Assembly (NCBI GenBank): GCA_965649825.1
Contig: OZ287699.1
Span: forward strand, 1,084,477-1,148,476
From: Penicillus capitatus
Lineage: Eukaryota > Plantae > Chlorophyta
Length of the DNA stretch: 64,000 nt
Direction of reading: 5' to 3'
Under the pieces are notes generated by a model. It saw only the letters and a list, made by a program, of their open reading frames with translations. It did not search any database and was not told where the DNA came from. The position numbers and the translations under genes are program-made. Shown here piece after piece: positions 62,295-64,000 of this stretch (positions are counted from its first letter, which is position 1; each line of letters begins with the position of its first letter).

Positions 62295-63365
62295 ATGGCG
62301 TCCATCTCTGCTCTTACCCTCGTCGCGGTTCTCTTCGCGTCTCTGTCCATCTGGACAGTTCACGCAGACACTGTCGCTTTTCTCGACGGCGCTTCGAAGC
62401 CGTACCTCAAAGAGTCCATTCCCTCGCAGCTTTCTGCCGACGGATACTCCGTTCTCCAATCCGTTCTCTCCAACGAGGCACCTCCATCTCGCGTGTCCGA
62501 AGACGTTGCGACGGAAGTCGACCATTTCCTTATTCCCGATGTCTTCCACCGACCGGTCGCAACGTGGAACGTCGTGGTCCTCGGAGCAACGCCGGCCGAA
62601 CTGTTTGCCAACAAAGAGACAACCGATGCCGACATTCCTGCAGTGAAGGTCGCCGAAGTCGTTGGCAGCTCCCCTGTCTCGATGCACAGATCTCCAACGA
62701 AGCGCGTCTTCCAGAGCTGCGACATCTCGTGCTTAGCAGAGAGTCTTGGTCAAGGGGCCGAGCGTCTGGGTGGTTCCTATCAACGCCAAGGCAGCGCCGA
62801 CCTCACCGGAGTGCTCTCTCTGGCGCAATGTTCCGCCGAGGGGCTGCAGTTGGAGCAAGGAGCATTGTCTTTCTGGGCTGCAGAGCTCGGGGCATTGTGG
62901 AGGGACCTACTCACAACACCGCGCGTTTCTAATCGTCCCGTGCATTACGACAGCGCGCTCATTGGACTCTTCCTCGTACGTCAGAAATACGGCATCGATT
63001 CCAATGCATTCCGTTTTTCCACCTGCTACACAGCAGCGACGCTGAAGCGATTGCATCAGATCGTGGGGGAGGAAGTGAATGGACAGCTCTTGATGTCGAT
63101 CTTGACGCAGAAGCACATCGAGACAAATGTTGTTGTGGAAGAGGCGATGGCATCTCATGGACGTAATCTCCTGGAGATCAAGTGGTACGGAGACAATGAT
63201 CCAAATTATACGGCGCTGGAAAAGACGAAGAGGTTCTCGACGAACACTGTGGCCTATGTCATGTTCTTGATATTGCTTTTCAGCGGATTGGGAAGTTTCT
63301 ATGCCATGGTGAACATGGATTTTACAAAGGACACGCTTCTATACTCTCAGGCAAGAGTTGACTAA
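62295..63365 (+). CDS. Type I membrane protein resembling V-ATPase accessory ATP6AP2/(pro)renin-receptor-like plant proteins
   Basis: Signal peptide, a single C-terminal TM and tail NMDFTKDTLLYSQARVD (compare M...RDTLLYS..K.D in plant homologs as recalled). An upstream ATG lies at 62241. Confidence 0.65.
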   Translation: MASISALTLVAVLFASLSIWTVHADTVAFLDGASKPYLKESIPSQLSADGYSVLQSVLSNEAPPSRVSEDVATEVDHFLIPDVFHRPVATWNVVVLGATPAELFANKETTDADIPAVKVAEVVGSSPVSMHRSPTKRVFQSCDISCLAESLGQGAERLGGSYQRQGSADLTGVLSLAQCSAEGLQLEQGALSFWAAELGALWRDLLTTPRVSNRPVHYDSALIGLFLVRQKYGIDSNAFRFSTCYTAATLKRLHQIVGEEVNGQLLMSILTQKHIETNVVVEEAMASHGRNLLEIKWYGDNDPNYTALEKTKRFSTNTVAYVMFLILLFSGLGSFYAMVNMDFTKDTLLYSQARVD

Positions 63366-63555
63366 GGAGGCATGAAGTCCGTCAGGCGTCTGATGGGATT
63401 GCCGTGGCATCTAGTTTGTGGATGGTCATGGATTAAGATTTGTGTTTTGTTGGCTGAGCGAATACGCGTCGTAACGGTCTCCGTTCTCACTCTTGGCTAG
63501 AAAGCAGGCGGTTAACAGATCGGACGAGAAAAGGCTTCAGAGTGTGTGACCGTTC

Positions 63556-64000
63556 TCAAAAGTCCCATTTCGCCCCTGTGATGGTATTGCTCAATTCCCA
63601 CAGCTTCTTGGCAACTTCCTCATCATACGAGGCAGCAGTCGAACGGGATTCCTACACACATCGTTCAATGGATCGACAACGACAGTCGAGTTTAAGGACT
63701 TTGGAATCGGAAAAGTACTTTCCAGTCACTTTTTCGACCTCTGGACTCGATGCCAAGTAGATTTGCGTCAGAGCCCCTGATGCAAACAAAGGAACGGCCT
63801 TTTAGGTTAAGGTAAGTGATACCTTGTGCCGATGTCTTAAAAAAAGAGGAGAAGCATTTCGAGAAGAATCTCAGGAGGATATTGGAGTCTTCTGTCACAA
63901 GGTGTCGTCCGAGATCTGTGGCAACGACGCCGGGATGACATGCATTGACCGTGACATTGTGTTCAGGGGGAATGCGTCTGGCCAATTCGTAGGCAAAGAG
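63556..64000 (-). CDS. Second RDH12-like SDR, 3' part only (runs off the window)
   Basis: ELARRIP..HNVTVNACHPGVVATDL, GAQT.IYLASSP...VTGKYF.DSK, LWELSNTITGAKWDF*. A clear paralog of 56777-57944. Confidence 0.88.

Noticed and set aside
1-64000. Non-standard genetic code (TAA/TAG = Gln, as in some ulvophytes)
   Set aside because: Conserved C-termini end in TAA or TAG (SYP61-like, ATP6AP2-like, several array copies), and long conserved exons contain no in-frame TAR.

Overview
Eukaryotic nuclear DNA, very likely from a green alga: it carries plant-type RR-TZF, HOS1-like, SYP61-like and ZTP29-like genes, uses the standard genetic code, and has many tiny introns of about 45-70 nt. No prokaryotic operon, CRISPR array, rRNA or tRNA is supported. 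Gene-dense housekeeping blocks at 1-5.3 kb and 40-64 kb flank an accessory region at about 6-38 kb. That region holds three notable things. (i) A seven-copy, co-oriented array of an unnamed ~300-aa, ~7-TM, three-exon gene family. (ii) A 4.7-kb inverted duplication (14915-19633 / 33326-38040, 13.7-kb spacer) carrying PLAC8, MED6 and a HOS1/ELYS-like gene; its core is almost identical between arms and unusually GC-rich, while its edges are more diverged and less GC-rich. (iii) A complete 695-bp miniature LTR element (TRIM) with LTRs, PBS, PPT and a 5-bp target-site duplication. Other points: a possible alternative-first-exon CDC50 locus, a nuclear mitochondrial-type uL5 gene head-to-head with RPL26, and stop/start-overlapping gene pairs that may be bicistronic. 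Family assignments come from motif recognition by eye, not database searches. Outer coordinates of spliced genes are approximate where stated.
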